NCBI RefSeq assembly: GCF_006345805.1
Contig: NC_042998.1
Location: 91,326,001 to 91,390,000 of the forward strand
Reading direction: 5' to 3'
DNA from: Octopus sinensis
Taxonomy: Eukaryota
DNA length: 64,000 nucleotides
This document shows, one piece after another, positions 52,370 to 64,000 of this stretch (positions are counted from its first letter, which is position 1; every line of letters begins with the position of its first letter). The position numbers were made by a program, and so were the translations under genes. The notes below the pieces were generated by a model, which was not told the origin of the DNA, made no database searches, and saw nothing but the letters and a program-made list of their open reading frames with translations.

Positions 52370-54375
52370 TTCAGGAACAGCTTGAGGTATTGGTGAACAG
52401 TCAATGGTGTTGAAGAGCATAGATATTAAAGATGTAGTTGAGAAAAAGTTGGGTGGCATGGAGGACTGAAAGCGACCTGGATATTGGAAATAGAGTTACC
52501 TGTATCATGAGGACTAGCAGTATCGCCCGGCGTTGCTCGGGTTGTAAGGGAAATAACTATATAAGCATTTTTAGAGAGTTATAGCCAAAAAATAGCAAAA
52601 AAATGCATTAAAAATTGAAAAAAAATTAAGGTAAATTTTTTTTTTAAATCGTTGACACATCGTAGATATTTTTAGAGAGTTACTTCCCTTATATAAAAGA
52701 GAAAAAAATGCATTAAAATGGAAAAATATGATGGTAAATTTTTTTAAAATCGTAGACTCATCGTAGACGCGCGCTAATACCCAGAGGGGCTCGATATGAA
52801 TCACGACTATAAGATACCCGCTTTTGGTTAAACTGCACCGCAAAATGTGGGAGTAGTTACGAATCTAAATCAAAGGGGGAGACACACAACTTCACTCTTA
52901 TATAAAGATGCTTTTTTTTTTCAGTCATAGAGTTAGATTTATGAAGGTCTTCAGTAGAAAATCCTTCGAATTCTGACTCGCTGCTTGATATAATGAAATT
53001 CGTATCCATTTTTTGTCAGAATTACAAATTTTGAAAACACAATAGGAACAAATTTCGGAAAAAAATCTCCCATAATTCACGGAATTAAAATTACACTTCG
53101 ATTTTTGTACAAAACTGTATTTGAAGTGTTTACGAAGTATAATACGTGTTTTCACGAATGTACTAAAGAGATTTACTCTGATATTCTCATTTAAATATGA
53201 ATAGGTAAATTCGGGCGGTTTGGTAACGAAAGGGTTTATATAAGTGTCGTCTGTTTATACATAAACACTGTTTCATACTTTCAGTTTAGTCTTCCTCAAA
53301 TCACTCTGTCGCTAATTTACTCTCTTCCAAGAACATTTTCACTCACTCTTATCTGTTAGCTTCCCATACATTTTACTCATGTATCTATCAGCGTGATAGA
53401 CAGAAACAAATATTACATCTAGTTTCACTTTATTCGTTGCACACTGTGTGTGTGCGTTTGCGTGTGCTGTAAACCAGACTAAGAAAAGCATTTGACATAC
53501 ACACCAGAATGTGAGTTTTCTGTAAATTTTGCTTAATTGGAGTTTAAATTTTAAAAATTGGACCTGGCATGACCCGATGCATTCTACTCTTAAAAATGCT
53601 AGGTAAATTGTAATTGAAGAAATCCTATATTGTAGATTTCTATAAGTTACAAAGGGAGGCAGATAAAATCTGCCTTTTATAATAAGAGATTCACACTGAG
53701 TATAAAATGCCAATATCATGACTGCTGCTCAATGCTCTGTGAACACTATAAAGGCTGTAAGACTTGACATGGACAACTGCAACGGAGACTATGAAGCCAT
53801 GACCAACAGAAAGGGACACAGCAGGTATCCTGACTGTGTACACAAGCTGGAATTCATCCAACAACTGAGCAACAAGGTCTTAGGCTCAATTCAAATGACT
53901 ATGTGAAGCTACTGGAGACTGTATTCAAATGCTGGCTGGAGGCATTTGCTGCTGGAAGGCCATATATGTAGCAGCAGGATTTGGCTCTTTGTCATATCTC
54001 TGAAAAGAGTCAGAGATGGTTGTCAGAGAATTTCTATGACTTCACCAACCCCAGTTTCTGACCTCCTTATTCACCTGATTATAATTCCATGGGATATGTA
54101 TAGGGCAAGTTGACAAAAACACCAACTGCTCTATCTGCAACACAAGGGTCAAACGGGTGACCAATATCAAGGAAGTGTTCAAAGATCTTTCTGGGCCCAC
54201 ATTGAGGAATGCAAGTGCCAGATTCTGGAGCTGTCTTAAAGCCATGGTGGAAACTGAAGGTGACTACTTTGAGTAAACCATTATCTCCCAGCCATCAATT
54301 AGTTTATATCTTTGATTATTTAAAATACTTTTAATTTTAGATGGAAAATTGTTTCCTTTTCCTTTTATGCAAACT
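52370..54375 (+). mobile_element. Internally deleted DD37D (maT-type) Tc1/mariner element, left copy, interrupted by the Helitron
   Basis: GLRLNSNDYVKLLETV..GRPY.*QQD(x37)..PP.SPDYN...EGDYFE*. Both TIRs are truncated. Confidence 0.8.
52514..53689 (-). mobile_element. Non-autonomous Helitron (composite)
   Basis: Minus strand starts TC (53689) and ends CCCG-AGCAACGC-CGGG hairpin + 8 nt + CTAG (52514). Inserted at an A|T site with no TSD. The empty site GAGGA|TTCACACTG is present in the mirrored arm. Confidence 0.88.
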
Positions 54376-54378
54376 CTA

Positions 54379-55258
54379 CAGGTTCAGGCTACATATGACA
54401 GTTTGAATAAAAGGAAAAGAAAACAATATCCCATCTAAAATTAAAAGTATTTTAAATAATCAAAGATATAAACTAATTGATAGCTGGGAGATAATGGTTT
54501 ACTCAAAGTAGTCACCTTCAGTTTCCACCATGGCTTTAAGACAGCTCCAGAACCTGGCACTTGCATTCCTCAATGTGGGCCCAGGAAGATCTTTGAACAC
54601 TTCCTTGATCTTGGTCACACGTTTGACCCTTGTGTTGCAGACAAAGCATTTGGTGTTTTTGTCAACTTGCCCCATACATATCCCACGGGATTATAATCAG
54701 GAGAACAAGGAGGTCAGAAACTGGGGTTGGTGAAGTCATAGAAATTCTCTGACAACCACCTCTGACTCTTTTCAGAGATATGACAAGGAGCCAAATCCTG
54801 CTGCTACATATATGGCCTTCCAGCAGCAAATGCCTCCAGCCAGCATTTGAACAGTCTCCAGTAGCTTCACATAGATGTTGGAATTGAGCCTAAGGCCCTG
54901 ATGCTCAGTTGTTGGATGAATTTCAGCTTGTGTACACATCAGGATACCTGCTGTGTCCCTTTCTGTTGGTCATGGCTTCATAGTCTCCGTTGCAGTTGTC
55001 CATGTCATGTCTTACAGCCTTTATAGTGTTCACAGAGCATTGAGCAGCATGATATTGGCATTTTGATACTCAGTGTGAATCCTCATGATACAGGTAACTC
55101 TATTTCCAATGTCCAGGTGGCTTCCAGTACTCCATGCCACCCAACTTTTTCTCAACTACAACTTTAGTATTTATGCTATCCAACACCATTGACTGTTCAC
55201 TGATACAAGTTGCTCCTGAAAAAATGCAAAAATCGTCAAATTTAGCCTGAACACCCAA
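54379..55258 (-). mobile_element. Internally deleted DD37D (maT-type) element, right copy with both TIRs
   Basis: Reverse complement of the left copy. TIR-like TA|CAGG-TTCAGGCTACATATGAC at 54377 and AAATTTAGCCTGAACACCC at ~55238-55256. Confidence 0.8.
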
Positions 55259-56149
55259 TGTGTGTGTGTGTGTGTGTGTGTGTGCATGTGCATGTGTACG
55301 TACATGTATTTATATACATATGTACATGCATATATATGTATGTGTGTGTATGTGTTGTAAAATGCAAGATGTAATGAAAATCATGGAAAGGTGGCAGAGG
55401 TGGAGGTTTAAATTTCAGTAAAAAATGTCTTGTTTGATAAATGAATTTCATTAAAAATTAGAAACAAAATTCAAATAGACAATGAATAAAATTGTGAAAT
55501 ACTATAATACTATAAAAAATACTATAATGACATAAGTGTCAATTGTGGATGGATACAAGTAATTTTAGTCTGTATTGAGTGGATGAAAAATATACACTAG
55601 AAATGATACAGCAGTGTACTGAAATTCTGAAGTTTTTCACATACTTTGGAACATTTTTTAATATTTGTGGTCTTTGAAATCAATTTAGCTGTGTTTCCCA
55701 AAGGATAAGAAAATTAACGAAATTTGAAATGTTCAGGAAATTTGAAAAAATTACCAGTTGTGGTTGTGGTATATTCAGCATGATGGTCAAACAACCTTCC
55801 TCAAATTTATATATATTCTAGTAACAATATTAACTATTGTGTACTTAATCCACACCAGAATGTAATTTGGCAAATTCCACAACTGACTATAGAGTTTTAA
55901 AACTGGTTTTGCTTCCATATTTTAAATTGATGTGTTGTGAGAAGTAGCATTTCTTCACATTGGATGCTGAATGGATGATGTATGTTTTTCATATCTGTTT
56001 TAAATGTTTCTTCAGTTAATCCTATATAGGCACATCATGTTTGTCTTCTAACTTCACTTTTTAGTACAGTAACCAACTAGTGAGAGGGTATAAGTCAATG
56101 AAATTGTACTGGGGTATGTGAGCCAGAGAAATGTGATGTTCTCTATAAT

Positions 56150-56355
56150 TTCTTTCATTGCCACTGACAGTTAAATTCTTATTAATAATTGTGTAGCTGT
56201 AGTTAACTTTCAAAGAGTTTCTGCTGAAAATCTTGTGGAGCATGTGATCAATAGGAAAATGTTTCTGTACTTGACTTAAGAATGCTCTGGTCATGTTAGT
56301 AGCAATCTCTAGAGTAAGTGAGGAGTTAAACAGGATATCATGTTTGCAGTGCAAT
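56150..56355 (-). mobile_element. Decayed Penelope-like element, RT-EN linker
   Basis: ILFNSS...TNMTRAFL.QVQKHFP.DH.LHKIFSRNSLKVNYS resembles the PLE pattern IIWFNPP...TN.G..FL.L..KHFP..H.LHKIFNRN..K.SYS. Confidence 0.7.
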
Positions 56356-58660
56356 TTTGTTGTGAGGTATTAAATGGTATGATATCTGTTACAAGGAACA
56401 CCACTCTCTTTCAGTGTATTGTAATAGGGTGCAAATTGAAAATTCTTTCATCTAGAGATACTAAAAATTTATTGATTGATGAGTTACTATAAATTCTATG
56501 ACAAGTTCTTTAAGGCTATAGAGATGACTACTTGTTAATTTTATGCTATACGAGTGCCCAGCAGAAAACTTTAGGAAAGACCATATAAATGCATTTAAAG
56601 AATTTAGTTAAAGAAATATTATTAACACAGGTATAAATGTTGCTCTTTAGACATTACATAAAACCTAAGTACAGGAAAATATTACCCCTAAAGGAAGCCT
56701 AATGAGAAATTATTATACATTAATAAGTCAAATAGTCATCCTGCAATTGTCTTGAAGAACTTTGTAAACAAAAAGATTATATGCTATATAGCATGTTGCA
56801 AAACAAAACAGCATTGGAAGTGTAATTTTATCTGGTTTAACATGCTGCTCAGCCTAGCATCATTACTACTACTTCAAGAACATTCTTAAATCTAGCACAA
56901 AAGCACTTCACAGATAGTCACAGGTACTGCAAAATTTTAAGCAAAAGCTTTTTCTGAGTGACCTACAGTTGCACAAATATATTTAGGATTTAATTTCTAA
57001 TGTAAACCAAATAGAATTATGCAAACCATTACAGCTGTACCCCTCTGGTTCACCGATCTAAATTCAATTGTATCAACATTGACTTATGCCCTCTTTGCAG
57101 AAAATATCTTAGCAAACAGTTGGTTATTGTTCTAAAGTGAAATTAGCAGATCAAAAAGAACAAACTGGACAGGCTTAACTGTATGAACATTTAAAGTCAG
57201 ATACACACAACATATATGTTCCTTTAGGCATCCAGAAAGAAGGAACAACACTTCCCTCTCACAATGCATTTAGCATCTAAAAGACTAATTTTAAAATTCT
57301 GTAGTCAGTGGTACAATTCACCAAACCATATTCTGAGGAATGGAGTACAGCTATGCCAAGAAAATTTATTTCAGTTTAAACATCTATAATATTTTTGAAT
57401 TCAAGAAATGAACTGATATTGAAATGTTATGAGAATTAATTTATTTTGAGAAACTTTGTTCTACCCTTAATGCTGAATATACCACAATACATGCAGAATT
57501 TTTTATTTTTAATATTTTCAATATTCTTTGTTCCTTTTGGAAACTCAACAAAATTGATAACAAAGTCTCTTTCTCTATATATCCTAATGTACATTAAAAA
57601 AAATTCTTTTCTTAGGTATTTATGTGAATTAGTATAGGATTCCAGTGAAGTGTTGTGTCCCTTCTTGCATATATTTGCCCCTAATACAGACTAAAATGAT
57701 TTGCTTCTGTCCACTATGCTGTGTACTGTCCTGTCTGGTTGTACTGGATTACATTGTTTTATCTCTCATTTTGTATTCTTCAATCAATATTTTTGTTATT
57801 CATTGTCTATTTGAATTTGCTTGAGTTTAACATGCACCCCTTCACCTCCATCTTTATTTCTGTTCATTCTTACCTCATTTTATTCCTTATTCATTTTTCA
57901 TTATTTATTTGTTTATATATTTTGGTCATCTTCTTTCAACTTCAGCATATTTGTTTCTGATTTTTATCAAATTTACTTATCAAGTAACCCTCATCTCAAT
58001 TCTTCTGTCATCTTGTACATTTAATTAGATTTTCTACTTAATACCTTTCAACGCTCATCTTTCTATGTTTCAGTCCTGCTTACTCCTTATCCACTAATTC
58101 ACCTCATATCTTACCTATATTTTCACTCCTGCTCTCTAATTTAAGTCTCCCCTTTTTTCATCTAATTACCTACATTTCCTCTTCACTCTGTTTTATTCAG
58201 TTGTATTTTTTATTGCCTTTCCATGAAATAAATGCATATTTATTTCTCTCTTTCCATATCAATACTTGATTCATGCAACTAATTTTGTTGCATTTCATAC
58301 CACCTCCTTTTTTTTTCTGTATCCCCTTTTTTTAACCTCCCTTTCTTTTTCTGTTAACCTTTTGCTTCCTTTACTCCCTCTACTTCTTTCTTTCTTTTTT
58401 TTCTCTTATCATTACTCTCTTTAACTCCTCATTCTGTTGATTAACCATTTTCCATGGAATAAAATGTTTACATTAAAACACCAATTATATCTCTATAATG
58501 TATAGTTACTAATTAAGTTTGCTTTTTAATATTGGATTTATAATGTCTCAAACAAAAGCTAAGCTCTCAATGAGTTAAGATCTAGCAAAATAAAATCAAT
58601 ATTGAATTGATAAATGTATTGAATTGCTTTACAAATTGCTTCTGTTTCTTTCTTTAACAG

Positions 58661-58769
58661 TTTGGAATCCAACTTGATCAAGCCTTGAAAATATGTCTTG
58701 ATTTAACCTTTCCCAAAGATGTTGAAAGTGTGGCAAATATGCTCCAACAACATTTAGACCTCAAGAAAA
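58661..58769 (+). CDS. CCDC141: Coding exon 4 (FGIQLDQALKICLDLTFPKDVESVANMLQQHLDLKK)
   Basis: Acceptor TTCTTTCTTTAACAG, donor A|GTAATT, 109 nt, phase 0-1. The leftover A joins the GC of exon 5 to make Ser. Confidence 0.85.
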
Positions 58770-59343
58770 GTAATTACAATATTTTTTTAATAAACAATAT
58801 TTCATTTTAATACATTTGATAAAAGTAACTGTTGGACAGATTATCTTTACATTCATTGTTATATACCATAGGAAAGTGTGTGTGGTTAAGGAATTCACTT
58901 CACAACCATGTGGTTTTAGGTTCAGTTTCACCACATGGTCCCTGAGCAAGAGTCTTCTATTATAGCCCTAGGCTGACCAATGCTTTGTGAGTGGTTTGAT
59001 AGATGGAAACTTTGTAGCAGCTTGTGTGTGTGTGTATATATTTGTGTGTGTATCTTTGTCTTTCACTGCTGGATAATCAATGTTGGTTGGTTTCCATCCC
59101 CAGCATATACTTGTTTGTCAGAAGTACTGGGGTTGATTTGATCTACTATACTCTTAAATGTGGGCTCCAGTATGACCACATTCCAGTGATTTAAACAAGT
59201 AAAATTATAATTCATTAAAAAGAAAATGCTTAAACATTTTTTGTTTTATTTTTTATTTTATGATTTATTCAGAACTCTGATAATAATTCTGAAGATTGGT
59301 TTTCTTGCTTATGAAATGGAAATATTGTTATTACTATTTTTAG

Positions 59344-59588
59344 GCATTCTTGAATCATCAAAGCACACTCTAGATTTAGGGCAACAACTCCTTGACAAAG
59401 TCAGAAAAATGGGCATGCATGCGGACCAGCAAAACCGCCATGCAACAACAGCAGCCTGTTATGGAATAGAACACATCCTTGAGAACCTTCATGACCGACG
59501 TAGATACCTTGAAGAAATGTGGGCCCAAAAGAAATTGCAACTTGAGCAATGCCTACAACTATGCAAACTTGACCAAGAAGTCAACAAG
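59344..59588 (+). CDS. CCDC141: Coding exon 5 (SILESSKHTLDLGQQLLDKVRKMG...LENLHDRRRYLEEMWAQKKLQLEQCLQLCKLDQEVNK)
   Basis: Acceptor TTTTTAG, donor AAG|GTAAAT, 245 nt, phase 1-0. L.DRRR.LE..W.Q..L.L.QCLQL is a Trio/SESTD1/CCDC141-type spectrin-repeat signature. Confidence 0.92.
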
Positions 59589-60911
59589 GTAAATATTTTA
59601 AACTCATAAATGAAATTATAATATTTTGATTAAATATTAAAAGTTTTGAATTTGTGGTAATATTGATAACTTAAGCTACTTTTTAAAAATATGATTGAAT
59701 TCTTTCACATTTAAACTGGGCCTCTTATTCTACCTGTTTTGTATTCAAACTGATCAGATCTGGCCTCTCATACCTACCCTACAATGTCATTTTGAAAATA
59801 AACAATTACATCATAGAAGTCTTGAATATAAGAGATAATGCATGATTAATTCAAAACAGTATAAATAAACAAGTATTACAATTTAGAGATTAATCTGAAA
59901 ACTAAAGATTAAACATCAAGTTTTAACTTTCATATTGCCATGTTGTTAGAATTGGTTGAAAATGTGCTAGAAACATTCTGAAGTTATAGACAGTTTCTAA
60001 GTTATCAAAAACAGTCTGTTACAAATTTTAGCATGACATTTGAACACAGGACATAATAAATAGAGTGAAGGGAGAAAATGTACAGAAAAATGAAATAGCT
60101 TTAAAGTTTAATAAGCAGTATGAAAATAAATGGAAAAAATAATGTGAAGTGCTTTCTAAAATATTTGTAAGGGAAAAAGGAAGATGAAATGTGTTAAGTT
60201 ATGAAAATAACAGTAATTTCTTGTCCTCTCATTCTGGCCCCCTAACCCATCATGAATACTTGCCTTCACTGTCCCAGTCCATTAGCAGAGCCCAGGTCCC
60301 TTTCTTTTCTCACCTTTCATTCTGAAACTTGGTTACTTAAGTACACCCTCCTTTGTAATATCCACTTTCTGCTTTGCAACTCTCTAACTCTTTCCATCTT
60401 TTTTGAGATTGTGTTGATATTCTTCAATTGAGATGAAAATATATCTTTGTTTCTAAAATAATGATATCTATTTATTATTATGCCATTGAGACTCTTCTAA
60501 TTATAAATCTTGATTTATTCCTAAGACACAAACCAATTTTCCCAAGGTTAAGGGTTTTCATGGGTTGATTTAATCCTGGTACAATTAGTTTTACTATCAT
60601 TAATTAGTTTTAATGCAAAGCAGAATTATAAAAAGTAAAGTTTAAATTGATAAGACTTGAATTATAAAGAATTATAAAGAACCAAATGAAATACTGTTAA
60701 TTATTTTACTTAGAGGCCTTATATTTTTGTCAACTTTATCTCCTTTGCTATTGGATACAATGAGTGTTTTTCCTCCAAGAAAATTTGTGAAATATTTTGA
60801 AATGTTTGAATCATTGACATATAGTTATATTAAAAATATTGTATATTAGTTTTCCTTTTTATTCAGGTTATTATATTTAACCTTGGATTTTTCTCTGTCT
60901 TTTCTTTTAAG

Positions 60912-61031
60912 ATATTGGAATGGTACCGCATGGTTGGCGAAGTATACCTACAAAGAAATGATCTGGGAGTTTCATCCGAAACAACCCAAACTGAAATTGA
61001 TACCTACCACAAATATGAACAAGAAGGAATT
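60912..61031 (+). CDS. CCDC141: Coding exon 6 (ILEWYRMVGEVYLQRNDLGVSSETTQTEIDTYHKYEQEGI)
   Basis: Pyrimidine tract + TTAAG acceptor, donor ATT|GTATGT, 120 nt. Has the conserved Trp and DLG.S motif at the start of a spectrin repeat. Confidence 0.88.
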
Positions 61032-62319
61032 GTATGTAAAATCTTCATAACTAATTTTGTTAAATATTTAAAAAATTTCCTGTTTTTACATGCTGAAATA
61101 CTTTAGATTATTATCTGAATTTAGTTAATACTTTGTCTTGTTTTGGCCCTGGTGGCCATTGAAAGAAATTATTAATTTCTTTTGTCATAGCAGGAATTGC
61201 TTCTTGTTATTTCAGTTGCTGTCCGACTGTGATATAGTTAAGTCATAACTTATGCAATGAGCATAAGTTGATTTGCTTAAGAACATGATATTTATAATAA
61301 GCTTTGACAAATATGAGCTATGTATCAATGGAGTATTTTCTTAACCCTTCTTTCATCAGGCCCCTTTAGATTTTTTCTTTTATTTCATATAGTTTTCCTT
61401 TAAATAACTTGAGTTGAATGATCTAGAGTTAGCTGTATGTAGCAAGTTCTCAATGAACTGAAGCTGTGATCTTGTTTTCACATCTTTCATCTCTAATATC
61501 CCTGACAAAAGTATGATTACCATTAGGTCTTATCTTTAATCACATGTAAACTTATGACAAGGCTCATATGTAAAAATCATACTTAAAAATGATTAAATTT
61601 GGATTTGAAGTTTGTTACTTAAATATATTCTGGCAGAAACATTAGCACACCGGGTGAAATGCTTAGCAGTATTTCGTCTATCATTATGTTCTCAATTCAA
61701 ATTCTGCTGAGGTTGACTTTGCCTTTCATCCTTTTGGGACCGATAAATGCAAGTACCAGTTGCATACTGGGATTGATATAATCGACTGGCCCCCTCCCCA
61801 AATTTTCAGGCCTTGTGCCTAGAGTAGAAAAGAATATATTCTGTGATTTAACCCTTTTAAGTACAGATTCAATCAAAGCTTGATTGCAAAGCTCATTCAA
61901 ATATTAACATCACTAAGAAAGTAACATTAACACACATAGTGTTAACTCATTAAGGAGCTACTTAATTACCAACTTCCTTAACATTCTGCTGGTTGGCTCC
62001 TTGGTTGATTGCAACATTTTTTGGAATGTTGATCATAATCTAATTAGTTACAAGTTAATGGAATAAGCCATCTCAGAAAACTGGGAATTTTGTTCTGATG
62101 TTAAAAAATACTTAGAAATATACTCATCCTCTGATGCTTCTTTCTTTTCTCATTAACAATCAAGCAACATTTTAAAATCTATAATATATCATCTGTTTTG
62201 AAAACTGTTCAAAAGAAAGATAAGTAAAAAAGAAAAAGGTAGCAATGAACCTAAGGCTTTGTTCTCTATCTCTCTCTCTCTCTCTCTGTATATATATATA
62301 TATAATATATATATATATA

Positions 62320-62495
62320 GGGAGAATTTACAAAATAACAAAAGACGAAGACAGATGGTGTGGACAACAAACAGATGTATTAGTATAACGCTCGGGAAGT
62401 GAAAAAGTCTTTAACGTTTCGAGCCTACACTCTTCCACAGAAAGAAACAAGGAGAGAAAATAAAGAATGTGTAGTGGCTAGTGATTTGTGTATAA
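62320..62495 (-). mobile_element. Short Penelope-type terminal repeat, antisense, just upstream of exon 7
   Basis: Minus strand TCTTT-CTGTGGA-A-GAG(TGTAGG)CTC-GAAAC-GTT-AAAGA at 62445-62408; homologous to 29405-29535. Confidence 0.6.
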
Positions 62496-62554
62496 TTAGA
62501 TTAGTGCTAATTTATTTTTAGAAATTTATGGAAATATATCTTTTTAATTTTCAG

Positions 62555-62746
62555 AATATACAAGATAATGTTCTAAAACTAGTTCGAACCGCAGACCAAC
62601 TTCTTCGCCGAGCTAATTTCGATGCCGAAGGAGTTCGCCAAAGGCTCCAGGCTGTGGACGAAACAAGTGAAACTTTCATGATTAAACTCGACAACAGAAG
62701 AAAGAACTTGCTGATGGCTTTATCATTCTTCAAACAAGCAGAGACG
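62555..62746 (+). CDS. CCDC141: Coding exon 7 (NIQDNVLKLVRTADQLLRRANFDAEGVRQRL...LDNRRKNLLMALSFFKQAET)
   Basis: Acceptor TTTTCAG, donor ACG|GTATGC, 192 nt, phase 0-0. Spectrin-repeat helices B-C. Confidence 0.9.
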
Positions 62747-63092
62747 GTATGCTTATAACTAAATTTTAATGCTTGACTTCTTGAAAATAGCTCTTACATT
62801 GAATAGTAGAAAATATATTTTCTACTTTCTTTAGCACTTTAAAACATACATCTAGGAATGCATGTGTGTGTGTGTGTATATGTTAAAATGTTGATACACT
62901 CAATGCTACTATGGTTTTCTTACATTTATGCATTCATTTACACTACCTGAATGAATGCATTAATGTGAGAAACTAATAGTAATAAAATGATTAAATTCAT
63001 CAACTTCCAATTTAGGAATAATCTCAACTACATGTGTTGGGTTCTTCACCTTTTGTTTATATGCCCAAATATTTTATTTGTGTGTGTGTATG

Positions 63093-63127
<35 letters not shown>

Positions 63128-63129
63128 TC

Positions 63130-63360
63130 ATCATCATCATTTAATGTCCATTTTCCATGCTAGCATGTGTTGGACGGTTTGACTGGGGACTGGTAAGCCA
63201 GTGGACTGCACCTGGCTCCTTTCTGATCTGGCAAAGTTTCTACAGCTGGATGCCCTTCCTAATGCCAACCACTCCGAGAGTGTAGTGGATGCTTTTTATG
63301 TTCCACCAGCACGAGAGCCAGTCAGGCAGCACTGGCATTGACCACATTCGGATGATGCTT
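63130..63360 (-). mobile_element. RTE 3' tail fragment
   Basis: Reverse complement of CTACACTCTCGGAGTGGTTGGCATTAGGAAGGGCATCCAGC...GGACATTAAATGATGATGA; matches 24760-24929. Confidence 0.8.
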
Positions 63361-63721
63361 TTGATGTGATATATATATGTATGTGTGTGTTGTTATATAT
63401 ATATATATATATATATATATGGTGCTGATATTTTTTATAAAATTAAAAATAACAAATATAACATTAGCACCTTTGAAAGATATTTAAAGTGATATAAGCT
63501 TACATAAAATTTTGATGGAAGGTTTTAATTTAGATTTATTTAAAATAGGAATTTGTCATACAACCAGAGTTGGTCTTGATCAAAAGAGTTAAACATTAAA
63601 CAAATCGCATTATTTTTTCTTGATATGCTAATTCTTCACTAAGTTACAAATTTATAATTTGTTTAAATTTACATTATTTTTCTCTTCAATTTTGTTATAT
63701 TTTTCTTCTTGTTTATGACAG

Positions 63722-63919
63722 GCTCTAACAAAGCTGGGGCAAATTGAAGTCCAACTTAACACCATGGACTTACCAAGGAATAGCACAGCTCTTGCAGAAG
63801 AGCATACCAAATTATTTAACACCATTGTGGAAGTATCCACTGCAGCCCTTCACGAGGGTCGTATCCTACTTGAGAGGGTCGGTAGGGACGATTCTGGGGC
63901 TAATGGAGTTAGACAAAAG
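63722..63919 (+). CDS. CCDC141: Coding exon 8 (ALTKLGQIEVQLNTMDLPRNSTALAEEHTKL...GANGVRQK); gene continues past the window
   Basis: Acceptor ATGACAG, donor AAG|GTAAAT, 198 nt, in frame with exons 1-7, no stop codon. Confidence 0.88.
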
Positions 63920-64000
63920 GTAAATTTTCAGCGTTTTACTCTTGATAATATCTAAATATTTTATAAACCATTTAAATTTCCATTTGCAAAAGGATTCATT

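Overview
AT-rich eukaryotic DNA dense in microsatellites and transposons. The SINE and RTE content suggests an Octopus-like cephalopod (inference). The only host gene I can support is on the + strand. Eight GT-AG coding exons (34579-63919, 437 aa, still open at the window end) splice in frame to a spectrin-repeat/coiled-coil protein that resembles the N-terminus of vertebrate CCDC141 and the insect zormin/Sallimus region. Upstream lie a CArG box, E-boxes and a TATA-Inr pair typical of muscle promoters. The ORF track misses most of these exons. No host exon was found in 1-34.5 kb. The rest is mobile DNA: tRNA-derived SINEs, RTE and CRE non-LTR elements (one RTE nested in a CRE), Penelope fragments, mariner/maT remnants, several MITE types and a Helitron. 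Most notable: (1) a tail-to-tail maT pair forming a ~685-bp intronic hairpin with a 24-nt loop, interrupted by a Helitron whose empty site survives in the other arm; (2) hammerhead-ribozyme-like motifs in Penelope-type repeats, including a recent retrozyme-like direct-repeat unit; (3) two long-TIR GG..CC elements with 8-bp TSDs.
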